This document shows, in pieces, positions 28,804 through 38,841 of a stretch of DNA of 64,000 nucleotides. The DNA is from Nitrosopumilus sp. (GTDB taxonomy: Archaea > Thermoproteota > Nitrososphaeria > Nitrososphaerales > Nitrosopumilaceae). The translations under genes were made by a program, and so were the position numbers. The notes beneath the pieces are model-generated. The model worked only from the letters and a program-made list of their open reading frames with translations. It was not told where the DNA came from and searched no databases. Every line of letters starts with the position of its first letter. Positions within the stretch are counted from its first letter, which is position 1. Where the stretch lies: contig OZ242186.1 of the NCBI GenBank assembly GCA_965205675.1, positions 352,001 through 416,000 on the forward strand. The letters are read 5' to 3'.

Positions 28804-29361
28804 TTAATCTTCCCACAATTGCATTTTTTCTTGTTTTTCTTTTCTGTTAGCAGCTTCTAATTTTGTATAAACAGCACCATGCATACTTCCACTTGAAATG
28901 GAAGATATTGCATCAACAGCTAAACGTAATTTACTTGAATCACCAATAATTGAAACGGTTTTTCCATAAACTGAGATATGAGTCCCACTAAGATTTTCCA
29001 TATTTCGTCTTGCTCTACCACCTTCTCCAATAATCCTCCCTTTTATCCTTTCAACATTAGCATTAGATTTTCCTGCAAATTCTCGAAGATCTATCACATG
29101 TAATGCATTTTCACCTTTCAGTAATGCCATTGCATTTTCAGGGGAAAATCCCCTACCAATAGCTGTAACAATCTCCATTGCTTTGAATGGCTGAATTTTA
29201 TCAACATTTCCCTGAGTTCTAATAAAAACTTCTCCGGTGTTCCCATCAATCTCTAAAGAAACATAACAGGCCTCTTCAATTTTAGATTTCATATTGCCAG
29301 ATTTTCCAATTAAAACTGCAATTCGATCATTTGGAATACGAATTAATTTCTCAAAGCTCAT
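28804..29361 (-). CDS. KH-domain RNA-processing protein (Dim2/Pno1 family)
   Basis: RIAVLIGKSG, AIGRGFSPE, RIKGRIIGEGG, HGAVY. Confidence 0.92.
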   Translation of the reverse strand: MSFEKLIRIPNDRIAVLIGKSGNMKSKIEEACYVSLEIDGNTGEVFIRTQGNVDKIQPFKAMEIVTAIGRGFSPENAMALLKGENALHVIDLREFAGKSNANVERIKGRIIGEGGRARRNMENLSGTHISVYGKTVSIIGDSSKLRLAVDAISSISSGSMHGAVYTKLEAANRKEKQEKMQLWED

Positions 29362-30137
29362 TTTACAATATCCTTAAATATTTTTTCTGAATCTTCAACA
29401 GGAATTCCTCTTTTATTGAAGAATTTTCCGATGTTATTAATATCTCGCTTGAGAAATTCTTGAGCATTTGGATGTCTAAGATCAACACCAGAACCCAAAT
29501 CAAAAATAATTAAACCTTTTTCAGTTTTAAAAATATTATATTCAGAAAAATCACCATGTACTAACTTTGCTTTTTTGTATAGATCTCCCAAAATAGATAT
29601 GGCTTGGTTATAATCACTCTCATCAACTTCTGAAGTAAGTAAGGACTTTGCAGGTGAACCCCCATTACCGATAAATTCCATAGCAAGAACATTATTTGTA
29701 ACATATAGAGGTCTTGGGACTGGAATCCCTGCCTCATAGCATTGAGTCAAATTTCGATGTTCTTTTTTTGCCCACAGATAAATAAGATTTTTTGTTCCTT
29801 TTTTTAGGTGAGAAAATCTTGGATCTCCAAGAATGTAAGGTTCACGTTTTTTAAAATTTGCAGTACTTACCAAATAAATTTTCAAGGCAACATCAACTTC
29901 ATTATCATCAACACTCCAAAAAAGAACAGATTCCTTTCCGGCACTTACTGAACCATTAACATAAGCAATAACATGATCCGTGATCATTTTGTAAAGAGTC
30001 ATAACAGTAGGTTTGTCTAAAACTTCATTGATTACTTTTCCTTTTTTGAATCCATCTTCTAGAGGTGATCGTTTCCGTTTTGATCTTAGTTTATCATCTA
30101 ATTTAGATTCTAATTTTTTGCTAATGATATCAGTCAA
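29358..30137 (-). CDS. rio1: RIO1 serine/threonine kinase
   Basis: SAGKES, WAKKE..NL, MEFIG, LVHGDFSEYNI. Confidence 0.93.
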   Translation of the reverse strand: MTDIISKKLESKLDDKLRSKRKRSPLEDGFKKGKVINEVLDKPTVMTLYKMITDHVIAYVNGSVSAGKESVLFWSVDDNEVDVALKIYLVSTANFKKREPYILGDPRFSHLKKGTKNLIYLWAKKEHRNLTQCYEAGIPVPRPLYVTNNVLAMEFIGNGGSPAKSLLTSEVDESDYNQAISILGDLYKKAKLVHGDFSEYNIFKTEKGLIIFDLGSGVDLRHPNAQEFLKRDINNIGKFFNKRGIPVEDSEKIFKDIVK

Positions 30138-30219
30138 TAGAAAGGGGTACTTTTACTAGATAAAAGAGATTACTGTTAAAATCTAAAAAATTATAAAATA
30201 AAAATCAAATCAAACAACT

Positions 30220-30516
30220 TTACATGTTAAAAACGATTAAAAAAGGAACATCTGAAATTATTTTCACGGCATTTTTAGAACCAATACCTAAGTTTAGAGA
30301 TAAAGATATTGTTTCTTTACCGACCATGTTAATAATCGAAGAATTTCTCAGTAAAGATTCTGCTTCATCTTTTTCAACAAATCTTTCACCATAATAATTT
30401 TTATTTATATGGATAATTAATTCATCTTTAATAATTTTTCCCCCCAACAGATCAGCATCACAAATATTTAACATAGATTGGTTTTGATAGTTAGTAGAAC
30501 GTATCGAGAATTGCAT
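30220..30516 (-). CDS. DUF424 family protein
   Basis: ICDADLLG, YYG, INMVG. Confidence 0.85.
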   Translation of the reverse strand: MQFSIRSTNYQNQSMLNICDADLLGGKIIKDELIIHINKNYYGERFVEKDEAESLLRNSSIINMVGKETISLSLNLGIGSKNAVKIISDVPFLIVFNM

Positions 30517-30938
30517 TACGCATATTTACCTTTCAAAGTAGATTTTGCACCACATGCTTCACAAATTAAAAATGAAATTCTATTTTCTTTAAGAATCTTC
30601 GTGTCGGGGCTTTTACATGTAGGACATTCAAGATAATCCTTTACATAAATTTGAAATAATCTTGTAAAATCATCAGGAGCTCTTCTTCCTACAAACATTG
30701 CTTTATCTCCTAATCTTTCAGCTGGAACTGCAAATTCTTTTGAAAGATATTGAAGTACTTTATCGGGATCTCTACGTAGAATTTTTGGAAACTCTGAAAA
30801 ATTTCGCAAAAATGTCTTTTGACCTTCCCACATTACATCAACTACAGGGAGTTCAAACCTAGTTTGTGATTCTTTATCAGTATCACCAAGTTTGTCCTGT
30901 ATACGTTTGAGTAGATTTTCATAATCTGCTTTGGTCAC
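30516..30938 (-). CDS. eif2b: Translation initiation factor 2 subunit beta
   Basis: RFELP, LRNF, CPTCKSPDT, CEACGA. Confidence 0.95.
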   Translation of the reverse strand: MTKADYENLLKRIQDKLGDTDKESQTRFELPVVDVMWEGQKTFLRNFSEFPKILRRDPDKVLQYLSKEFAVPAERLGDKAMFVGRRAPDDFTRLFQIYVKDYLECPTCKSPDTKILKENRISFLICEACGAKSTLKGKYA

Positions 30939-31094
30939 TAGAAAATAGTGTATGGTAGACCCTATATGGGTTTTAGTCGATTAGTTCAAAACTCATTGTC
31001 AAAACGATCACAATATTCAAAAACTATGCTCTAATTTGAGATTTAAATAATTTGAGACTTGGGTATAATGATTTATAAAAATAAAACTAACATA

Positions 31095-31465
31095 TCCTCT
31101 GAGAACAAAACATTCTCTTTACAATCCTTGTATTCCATTATCCCAGTCATGCAGTTGTAATACACTGTCATCTGATATACTAGTACACAAACCAACACAA
31201 ATGATTTTGCATTCTATAATCCTTTTACTTCAGCTGTTTTAATTCCCAATGTATCTTTGAATATCCCAAAGAGAGGTTCAATTGAGATTTTTCTATCAAA
31301 GTATAACTCTTGGTCTATTACAAAACTGTAAAATTCTACAAGTCTATTCTATCTGGTATAGTATGTGGGTATTGTTTTATTGGAGTAATCAATCTCAGAT
31401 TTCTCTTGTTGCTAAAATGATACAATGAACCATCATCACGTGCTGGATCATATAAGATATTATTC
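31095..31465 (-). pseudogene. Diverged 3' remnant of the same IS family as 4613-5759
   Basis: ILYDPARDDGSLYHFSNKRNLRLITPIKQYPHT matches ILCDPAYDNGSLHQFSNKKNLRLITPIKQYPHT; frameshifted. Confidence 0.85.
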
Positions 31466-31717
31466 ATCAATGCTTGTATATTCCACATCATGATGTAACT
31501 CATCAGATTTTCAAACATACCCATTCTTTTCTGGTTCCTAACACGTTCTCCAATTTTCTTATAAATGACAGACTCTCAAAATGCACACTTTGTTGTTTGT
31601 AGGTTCTATGTTTTCATACAGTAAAAATGTAAACAGATCGTCTTTTGCATTGTTTAGTTTAGCAAGAAATTTTTTTAGCTCTTTTTCGTTTGAATGCTTA
31701 AACACAATCCTCTAAAA
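31466..31717 (-). pseudogene. IS66-family transposase C-terminal remnant
   Basis: Hand translation KLNNAKDDLFTFLLYENIEPTNN / RESVIYKKI...GMFENLMS...W, matching the IS66 PTNNxAER..RK region. Confidence 0.7.
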
Positions 31718-31719
31718 TA

Positions 31720-31855
31720 TACTTTATGACAAAATTTTATGATCCACTGATCTAACTTGTTTTATCAAGCATTATACTGATCAGAACATTACATATAGCG
31801 AAAAGATAAAGTTCGTGAACTAAATAATTTCAAAAAACTAGAAATCCGTTGATCT
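31720..31855 (+). mobile_element. Orphan inverted left end of an IS630-A relative
   Basis: TA|TACTTTATGACAAAATTTTATGATC... is similar for about 80 bp to the reverse complement of 34025-34103. Confidence 0.75.
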
Positions 31856-32739
31856 TATACTTCCTAACATAAGTTCGTCAACCATCCTCTCGTTGCATAT
31901 ACTTGAGAATGTCTAAATTGAATCGTCTGGTTCTGTAATATTTGGAGATGTTATTTTTCAGATTACTTAGAGATGGTTGATACTGTGACACCAACAAATT
32001 GTATTTTCCTTGCTTCCATACTTCCTCAACTGCATTGAACTGTGGTGAGCCTTTTGGAAACCAATTCAATAGAACATCATCTGCATTCTCATCAAGATAT
32101 TTTTGTACTAGTTTTGATCTGTGTTGTGGTGCTCGGTCTACATAGACTAGAATCTTGCCAAACTTTCTGTGCAATTCCTTTAGATAATCCAAAAAACAGT
32201 ACTGATCAAATTTTTCATATTGTCTGAATAATTGCCTGCCGTCATGAGTCAGTGCACCAAAAATGATTGTTTTTTGATGTGACCCGTTTACTAGAATAAT
32301 TGGACGGGTTCCTTTCTTTACCCACATCTTTTTTCTAAATATCGCATCAGCAGTAAAGATGGACTCATCTTGTGCAAGAACTGTAAAGCCTTTTGCTATT
32401 TTTGAGGCTATTTGTTCTTTGGAGTTTTTTTAAACCAGAGTTTTTCCTCAACACTAGCTGAATTTACAAATCTCTTTGCTGCAACCTTTGGAACAAATCC
32501 CCATTTGTGTAATAATCTGTACACATGAACCTCATGATATTTTACACCTGATTTTTGATAAATCAGATTCATCACTTGCTTTGCACTCCAGCCGGATTGT
32601 TTTTCTGCAATTTGTAGTTGAATGCTGACTAGTTTCTTTTTTGGTATACTAGTTGGTCTGCCAGTTCTAGGCAAGTCTTGCAGTCCTGCAATTCCATATT
32701 CTGCAAATCTATCTAACCATTTGTATGCCCATGAACGTA

Positions 32740-33885
32740 TAGTTAAGGCATTAAATATTTGAACACTTTAACAACTCGAACCGCTCCATTATCTAGTCTC
32801 TTCTGCATGTGTTTTCTCATTTCAGTTCCATTTGCAAAGAATGTATTGGCATTACCATTTTTCTCTTCTCTCCACTGTATCTCAATTGGATTGAGTTCTG
32901 GAGTGTATGCAGGAAAATATCTAATTATTACTTTATTTTTTGGTGCTTTGAGAAATTCTTTTACTCGGACACTTTTGTGGTATGATGCATTATCTGCAAA
33001 CAGTAACAATTTCTTACCAAATTGTTTTTGCAGTGATTCTAAAAAATCAAGAAATGAGTCTGTGTTTGATTTATCATAGAACCTGCAAAAAAATACACCG
33101 TTATTGCCCAATGCACCAAATGATTGAAATTTTTCTCGAGTGTAATTAATTGGTGTGGTAATGTTATTGCCTGCAAGATACCATCCGCGCTTTATGTTGG
33201 GTGCTACTTTATTTGTTGACTCGTCCAGACATAGTGTGGTGTATCCCAATTTGGAATATTTTTTGATACTCCTTTTTGCGTTTTTTTAAAACGGGTTTGT
33301 TCCTCTTTTGAGGCTGATTTGTGATGAGTCTGTCTTGGTTTTTTAGATGAGAATCCGATTCTGTGCAGCAATTCACGCATTCCTCTTGCAGAGTATAGCG
33401 TGTTGTATTTTTTATTCACATGTGTAATTACCATTCTTGTACTCCACATGAATTGATTGAATCCAAACTTTTCTGGACCTGAAATTAGATCATCTCTTAA
33501 TGACACTAGTTGTTTTTTATTTAAGAAACATCTAGAGCCAGAATATTCCTTACGGTGTGATGCAGTTATTCCCTCTTTATCCATTCGATTTAGCCAGTAG
33601 GACAGAGTTGATGGTATGACATCCAAACTGGCACATATCACAGAATACGGAATATCTTGTTTTCTTAGTATTGCAGCCTTTAATCTTATCTTCGCTTTTG
33701 CATTTTTTTCATTCTTGCATGTTTTTCTTAAAAAATTAATGCTTGTTCCTTTCATGAAATGGCTTCCTGAAGATACCATTAATGCTTTAGTTTGTTTTGA
33801 CATGATTCTGTAAGTATAAACTATGATCTAGATCTTTTGGGTTAAAATAGTTGATAATTCGTTCAAAATTTATATGCCTAAACTA
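32740..33885 (-). mobile_element. IS630-family element B, apparently intact
   Basis: TIRs TAGTTAAGGCATTAAATATTTGAAC and TAGTTTAGGCATATAAATTTTGAAC; TA duplicated at 32738-39 and 33886-87. Confidence 0.95.
32743..33803 (-). CDS. IS630 transposase (HTH ORF plus DDE ORF joined by a -1 frameshift)
   Basis: ORF 33204-33803 (HTH) and ORF 32743-33249 (LDES, DNASYH, YTPELNPIE); slippery A-AAA-AAC near 33280-33287 with an open -1 frame. Confidence 0.9.
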
Positions 33886-34149
33886 TACACGTCCAAGATT
33901 CTTTGCAACATGTGATGCAATTTGGTTCTCAAGTAATACTCGCTTTATCAAAAATAGCCTTTCTTTTACCTTGACGTTCTTTTCATCTTTGTATGCTTGA
34001 ATTAATTTTTGATTATTCATGGTTTGATGTGTAATGTTTTGATCAATATGGCATTTGGTAAAATAAATCAGATCAACAGATCATAAAATTTTGTTAGAGA
34101 GTATACCTATAGGTAAATATGAATAGACAAATTGAAACATCTGAAAAAT

Positions 34150-34550
34150 AACTCATAAACTTCTACTTCTTGCCATATGCAGATATTCTTTTCATAGTTT
34201 TTACTCCAATGGAATTATCCTTCCATATAGGGAAATACCGCCTTTGAAACATTTGGAACTACACGGTCAGCTTTACATCGTCATTACGAGATATCTTTAG
34301 GACAAACTATCTTAGTCTCTCTGGAACTCATATCAATCCGAAGTGTTTTCTCAATATCTGAAATGAAATTTCCAATGACTTTGCAGTCTTTGATTTGTCT
34401 ACAGATTGACCCAGAAACACACAAGCAACAGTAGTATCTCTAGCGTCCGTTTTGTAGTAGATAATCCCTCAACAACTAGTGTTCTGTAATATTTTTTAAT
34501 ATGATTCCAGTTTCAAAGGATAATTCAACTTTTATCTTGTTCAGGATCCA
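34150..34550 (-). pseudogene. Possible decayed N-terminal half of the IS66 transposase
   Basis: Fragments ACVF, FISDIEKTLRI and NSIGVKTMKRI in shifting frames; same strand as the IS66 C-terminal piece. Confidence 0.3.
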
Positions 34551-34710
34551 TTTTAGCTTCTGCTCAAATTTGTGAATATCTCTTTTCTTTGAAATAGTTT
34601 TTATTTTAAGATTTGATATCTAGTGAAAATGGGCAAAGTTGGCTTTAAACTATACTTAGGTAGCCCTATATGGTTTTGAAAAAGAGAAATCGTGTGGATT
34701 TTGTGCGAGG

Positions 34711-34857
34711 TTATTCCATCTTTCCTATACGGAAGACGTTAGTACCACATGTTGGACATGTACCTTTTACGGCGGGACGTCCATTCTTTAGTGTAGTTTC
34801 TTTGGGATCTTTGATATCCCTTTTTGCTCTGCATTTTACGCAATATGCTTGAACCAT
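34711..34857 (-). CDS. 48-aa DUF5679-like zinc-ribbon protein
   Basis: Hand translation MVQAYCVKCRAKRDIKDPKETTLKNGRPAVKGTCPTCGTNVFRIGKME*; absent from the ORF track. Confidence 0.88.
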   Translation of the reverse strand: MVQAYCVKCRAKRDIKDPKETTLKNGRPAVKGTCPTCGTNVFRIGKME

Positions 34858-35107
34858 TATGAAATTTGTCAAACTTGGTGGTATTTAGGCAGAGGCTGTG
34901 AAAAATATTTCACTATAGACTAGATGTACGTAAATTTTTTTAGGCATCAAAAAAGCAATTTTATGAATATTTACAAATAATACAACTGTTTCTTTAAAAA
35001 AATATGAATAAGATAATATAAAATTATATTTTTTCTAAAATTCATTTAGTATGAGATAATTTCATCAATATTACCAATTATAAACTCCTTGATAATAAAA
35101 TCACAAA

Positions 35108-35608
35108 ATGGCATCAAAAAAAGGAATTGCAGTAACAGGTATAATTTTAGCAGCAATCACAGGTGCTAGTTTTTCACTGTGGATAATTCCTCAAGATGTT
35201 GAAACGACTTTTGTTGTATCTGATTATGGAAGCTATTTAGATGGAGTAAAAAATATCCACGAAGTTCTAAAAGAATCAATTGAAATTGAATATGATAATT
35301 TACTAACTGGGAAGATTTCTCCACAAGACTATGTTACAGTAACTGAAGTGACCTCCGATCAAGTGACTGCACAAATTAGCGAATTTGTGACATCTAAACC
35401 AACAAAAGAATGGCAAACAAGCTATATTAGTTATATGGAAGGTTTGAAATCGTTTAATTCGTATATTACAGAAACCAAGATTTTAGCCAATATGATTGAA
35501 AATGAAAATACTGATGAGAAAATGAAAGAAATTTTAGAAAAAATAGACATGTTAAAATCTGAATCAACAGAATTTATCAAAAAATCTGATGAAACTAGAC
35601 CAAGATAG
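35108..35608 (+). CDS. Hypothetical membrane-anchored protein
   Basis: N-terminal TM helix, helical body, TTATAAA box upstream. Confidence 0.75.
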   Translation: MASKKGIAVTGIILAAITGASFSLWIIPQDVETTFVVSDYGSYLDGVKNIHEVLKESIEIEYDNLLTGKISPQDYVTVTEVTSDQVTAQISEFVTSKPTKEWQTSYISYMEGLKSFNSYITETKILANMIENENTDEKMKEILEKIDMLKSESTEFIKKSDETRPR

Positions 35609-35678
35609 CCTCAAAACCGAATTTTACTATTTACATTAGTTGGAAATCGTTAAAAGGTAATTCTGCTATATAAAATGA

Positions 35679-36824
35679 ATGTCTCAACGAACAGGTAAAG
35701 TTGAAAAAGATGTTAGTGCATCTACTGCAAATAAATTACTAGTAATATGCATTGATAGAGATAATGATGTGGGAGATAAAACAGGTATCACAACACCTGT
35801 TGTTGGAAGAGATGCGTGTATAGAAGCAGCTCAAAGATTGGCATTAGAAGATCCTGAAGATGCAGATTCAAATGCCATATTTGCAGCAATTAAAACGTAT
35901 GAAGATTTAATTAGTAAAGGATACCAAGTAGAAGTTGTAACTGTAACAGGAGTTAAAGATAGAGGAGTTCAAGCAGATGAAAAAATTTTAGCAGAAACAA
36001 GAAAAGTTCTAGAAAAATTTTCTGCGAATGGAGCAGTTATTGTTTCTGATGGTGAAGATGACGAAAGTGTAATACCAGTTATTCAAAATGTATTACCAGT
36101 AGTATCAGTCCAACGTGTTGTAATGAAAGTAAGTAGAAGTGTAGAGTATTCTTATGCAGTATTTGGAAAATATCTCAAAATGTTGGCATATGATTCAAAA
36201 TATTCAAAATTCTTTTTGGGAGTACCAGGAATTCTTTTGTTAATTGGAGGAGTTGCAACAGTATTTGGCTATACTGCAGAAATATTTGCAGTGCTTGTTA
36301 GTATTTTGGGTGGAGCATTTTTGATCAGAGCATTTGATATTGATAGAGTGTGGTCAAGTTGGTCAAAACCTACACCTATGGGTTTTATCAGAATGTTTAC
36401 AATGGTAGCAGGTGTATTACTAATTCTTTCATCAGTTCCAGCAGGAGTTAGTGCGGTTAATCCTGAATTAGTTGAAGCAGATATGCAGTTCATTTCAATA
36501 ATTACTGACAAAACTATTGTGGGACAATTTGTATCAGGAGCACTGCCAATTTTATGGATAGGGATAGGTTCAATATTTGCAGGCACATTACTAAGTAATT
36601 GGATTGGTGAGATACCAAGACAAATCAGCGATATTTTGAGAATAATTGTTTTAGCAGCACTTTATCCAACCATATTACAATTTATCAATATTATGATTTA
36701 TGATGAACCCTCTCTTACATTGATTCCACCATTATTGGGAGGATTGGCTGCAACACTGATTTCAGCTACAATTCTCTTTAAGAAATATAGAAAACACAAA
36801 GATCAAGAGATGATTTCAGACTAA
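35679..36824 (+). CDS. DUF373 family membrane protein
   Basis: LVICIDRDNDVG, DPEDADSN, VSDGEDDE, multiple TM helices. Confidence 0.9.
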   Translation: MSQRTGKVEKDVSASTANKLLVICIDRDNDVGDKTGITTPVVGRDACIEAAQRLALEDPEDADSNAIFAAIKTYEDLISKGYQVEVVTVTGVKDRGVQADEKILAETRKVLEKFSANGAVIVSDGEDDESVIPVIQNVLPVVSVQRVVMKVSRSVEYSYAVFGKYLKMLAYDSKYSKFFLGVPGILLLIGGVATVFGYTAEIFAVLVSILGGAFLIRAFDIDRVWSSWSKPTPMGFIRMFTMVAGVLLILSSVPAGVSAVNPELVEADMQFISIITDKTIVGQFVSGALPILWIGIGSIFAGTLLSNWIGEIPRQISDILRIIVLAALYPTILQFINIMIYDEPSLTLIPPLLGGLAATLISATILFKKYRKHKDQEMISD

Positions 36825-36937
36825 ATTTATTAAAAAATCAAATAATAAATCAAAGATCTGAAAAACACTGATATTTTCTACCATGAATTATCAAATGGTG
36901 ACTAGGTATTAGTAAAATCAAAGATTTAGTTTTTCAA

Positions 36938-37699
36938 TTGTCAGGTCTCTACAAGATATACAGCAACAGATTAGAAAATGAAATTCAGAGTGGAGATATT
37001 CCAAATCATGTTGCATTAATTTTAGACGGAAACAGAAGATGGGCTAAAAGACATCTATCAATGCCAAAAAAGGGTCATTGGCAAGGAGCAGATGCAGTTG
37101 AAAATCTTCTTGACTGGTGTGAAGACTTTGATATCAAAATTGTTACTTTGTATGCACTATCAGCAGAAAATCTTGAAAGAAATGATGAAGAATTAGAATA
37201 TCTTTATGAGCTAATTCGAATGAGATTAGAAAAATTATTCAACGATCCTAGAATCCATCGAAGTAAAATGAGAGTAAAGGGCATTGGTAGAATTGAACTG
37301 CTTCCAGAATCTATTAAAGAAGTGTTAAAACGTCTAGATGATGTTACAAAAGATTACAATGATCATTTTCTAAACATTGCACTTGCATATGGAGGACAAA
37401 ATGAATTAGTAGATGCAGTAAAAAAAATTGGAGAGAAAATCAAAGATGGTTCTCTAGATTTGAAAGATATTAACAAAAAAGAAATTGAGTCCAATTTGTA
37501 TACATCTCATTTACCACAATCATCACCAGATATGGTATTAAGAACTTCGGGAGAAAAAAGATTAAGTGGATTTTTGATGTGGCAAAGTGCATATAGTGAA
37601 TTAGTCTTTATGGATATTTTTTGGCCTGAATTTAGAAAAATAGATTTAATGAGGGCAATTAGAACATATCAAGAAAGGAAGAGACGATTAGGAAAATGA
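36938..37699 (+). CDS. uppS: cis-prenyltransferase (UppS family)
   Basis: HVALILDGNRRWA, SAEN, YGG, RTSGEKRLSGF, WPEF. Confidence 0.95.
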   Translation: MSGLYKIYSNRLENEIQSGDIPNHVALILDGNRRWAKRHLSMPKKGHWQGADAVENLLDWCEDFDIKIVTLYALSAENLERNDEELEYLYELIRMRLEKLFNDPRIHRSKMRVKGIGRIELLPESIKEVLKRLDDVTKDYNDHFLNIALAYGGQNELVDAVKKIGEKIKDGSLDLKDINKKEIESNLYTSHLPQSSPDMVLRTSGEKRLSGFLMWQSAYSELVFMDIFWPEFRKIDLMRAIRTYQERKRRLGK

Positions 37700-38121
37700 T
37701 TGAAGAGACATCTGCAGGAATTGTATTATTTAGAAAAGAAGAAGGTAAAAAATTATTTTTGCTTTTACATTATCCCTCAGGACATTGGGATTTTGTAAAA
37801 GGTAAAATAGAGAAAGGAGAATCAATACATGAAACAGCTATCCGAGAAACAAAAGAAGAAACAGGGATTACAAATATTACATTTGTAGATAATTTTGAAG
37901 AATGGATTGAATATAATTTCCAATATCAAGGAGAATTAATACATAAAAAAGTAGTATTTTTTCTGGCTGAAACAAAAACTAAAGATGTAGAAATTTCTCA
38001 TGAGCATTTAGATTATACATGGATGGATTATAACACGGCAATGGAAAAAACGACTTTTGATAATGCAAAAACTGTTTTAACAAAAGCAGAAACGCTACTT
38101 TCCAAAACTTTGCAGTTGTAA
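37696..38121 (+). CDS. NUDIX hydrolase, Ap4A hydrolase-like
   Basis: HWDFVKG, Nudix box RETKEETG, SHEH. Confidence 0.9.
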   Translation: MIEETSAGIVLFRKEEGKKLFLLLHYPSGHWDFVKGKIEKGESIHETAIRETKEETGITNITFVDNFEEWIEYNFQYQGELIHKKVVFFLAETKTKDVEISHEHLDYTWMDYNTAMEKTTFDNAKTVLTKAETLLSKTLQL

Positions 38122-38841
38122 TTCTTTAGCTACATCTACAGGATTTTTGGAATTTAGTATTGTTCTACCTACGATTAGATAATTAGTCCCAGACGACACT
38201 ACTTCATTTGCATTGCCGCCTTGTGTGCCAACACCTGGAGAAAATATACTTAAATTTTTACCAGTTTTTTTAGAGCAATATTGAATAATTTTTGGAAACG
38301 TAGCTCCTACAACAATTCCATCAACTTTTGCAGCAAGTGCCCAATCCAAAAATAATTGGTACAATTGTTGTCTCTTCCCCATTTTAATTTCCATATCATA
38401 TGATAATTTAGCCTCAGGAGAGCTCATATGACATAAGGTGATGACACCTTTTTCCTTTCTGTGTGCAGATTTGACTAGATCTTTTAAACTATCAAGACCC
38501 ATTATTGGATTTGCAATAACTCCGTCAAATCCTAAATTCCATAAATGCTCAACAGTTACTCTATTGGTATTTCCAATATCATTGAGTTTGATATCTGCAA
38601 TTGTTTGTAACCCGTATCTATGAGCTGTTTTATTAATTTTCAAAATATCTTTTCTACCTAGAGGTAAAAGTAAATGAAAATTTAGTTTAATTCCACATAG
38701 ATATGGATGTAATTGCTTTATGTTCTGAATTGTTTTAGATTCTAAATTTTTGACAGATAAATCGTAATCATTGGCAAGAATAACTTTACCATTAGTTTTT
38801 GAGATCTGAGAGAGTCTAGTTTTGAAGATGGCCATAATCAA
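38095..38841 (-). CDS. pyrF: Orotidine 5'-phosphate decarboxylase
   Basis: ADIKLNDIGNT, VGAT, SPGVGTQGG, IVGR. Confidence 0.95.
   Translation of the reverse strand: MIMAIFKTRLSQISKTNGKVILANDYDLSVKNLESKTIQNIKQLHPYLCGIKLNFHLLLPLGRKDILKINKTAHRYGLQTIADIKLNDIGNTNRVTVEHLWNLGFDGVIANPIMGLDSLKDLVKSAHRKEKGVITLCHMSSPEAKLSYDMEIKMGKRQQLYQLFLDWALAAKVDGIVVGATFPKIIQYCSKKTGKNLSIFSPGVGTQGGNANEVVSSGTNYLIVGRTILNSKNPVDVAKELQLQSFGK

Larger units (their letters stand above)
31858..34103 (-). mobile_element. IS630-family element A, interrupted by IS630 element B
   Basis: TIRs TACTTCCTAACATAA and TACTCTCTAACAAAA flanked by TA; transposase from ATG 34020 is broken at GRV|RSWAYKW; -1 slippery TTTAAAAAAAC; QDES, VDRA and PQFNAVE motifs. 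Confidence 0.92.

Noticed and set aside
31336-31524. 62-aa ORF as a real gene
   Set aside because: Chimera of the IS66 tail and the IS982/IS5-like remnant
34670-34852. 60-aa plus-strand ORF
   Set aside because: Shadow of the minus-strand zinc-ribbon gene at 34711-34857
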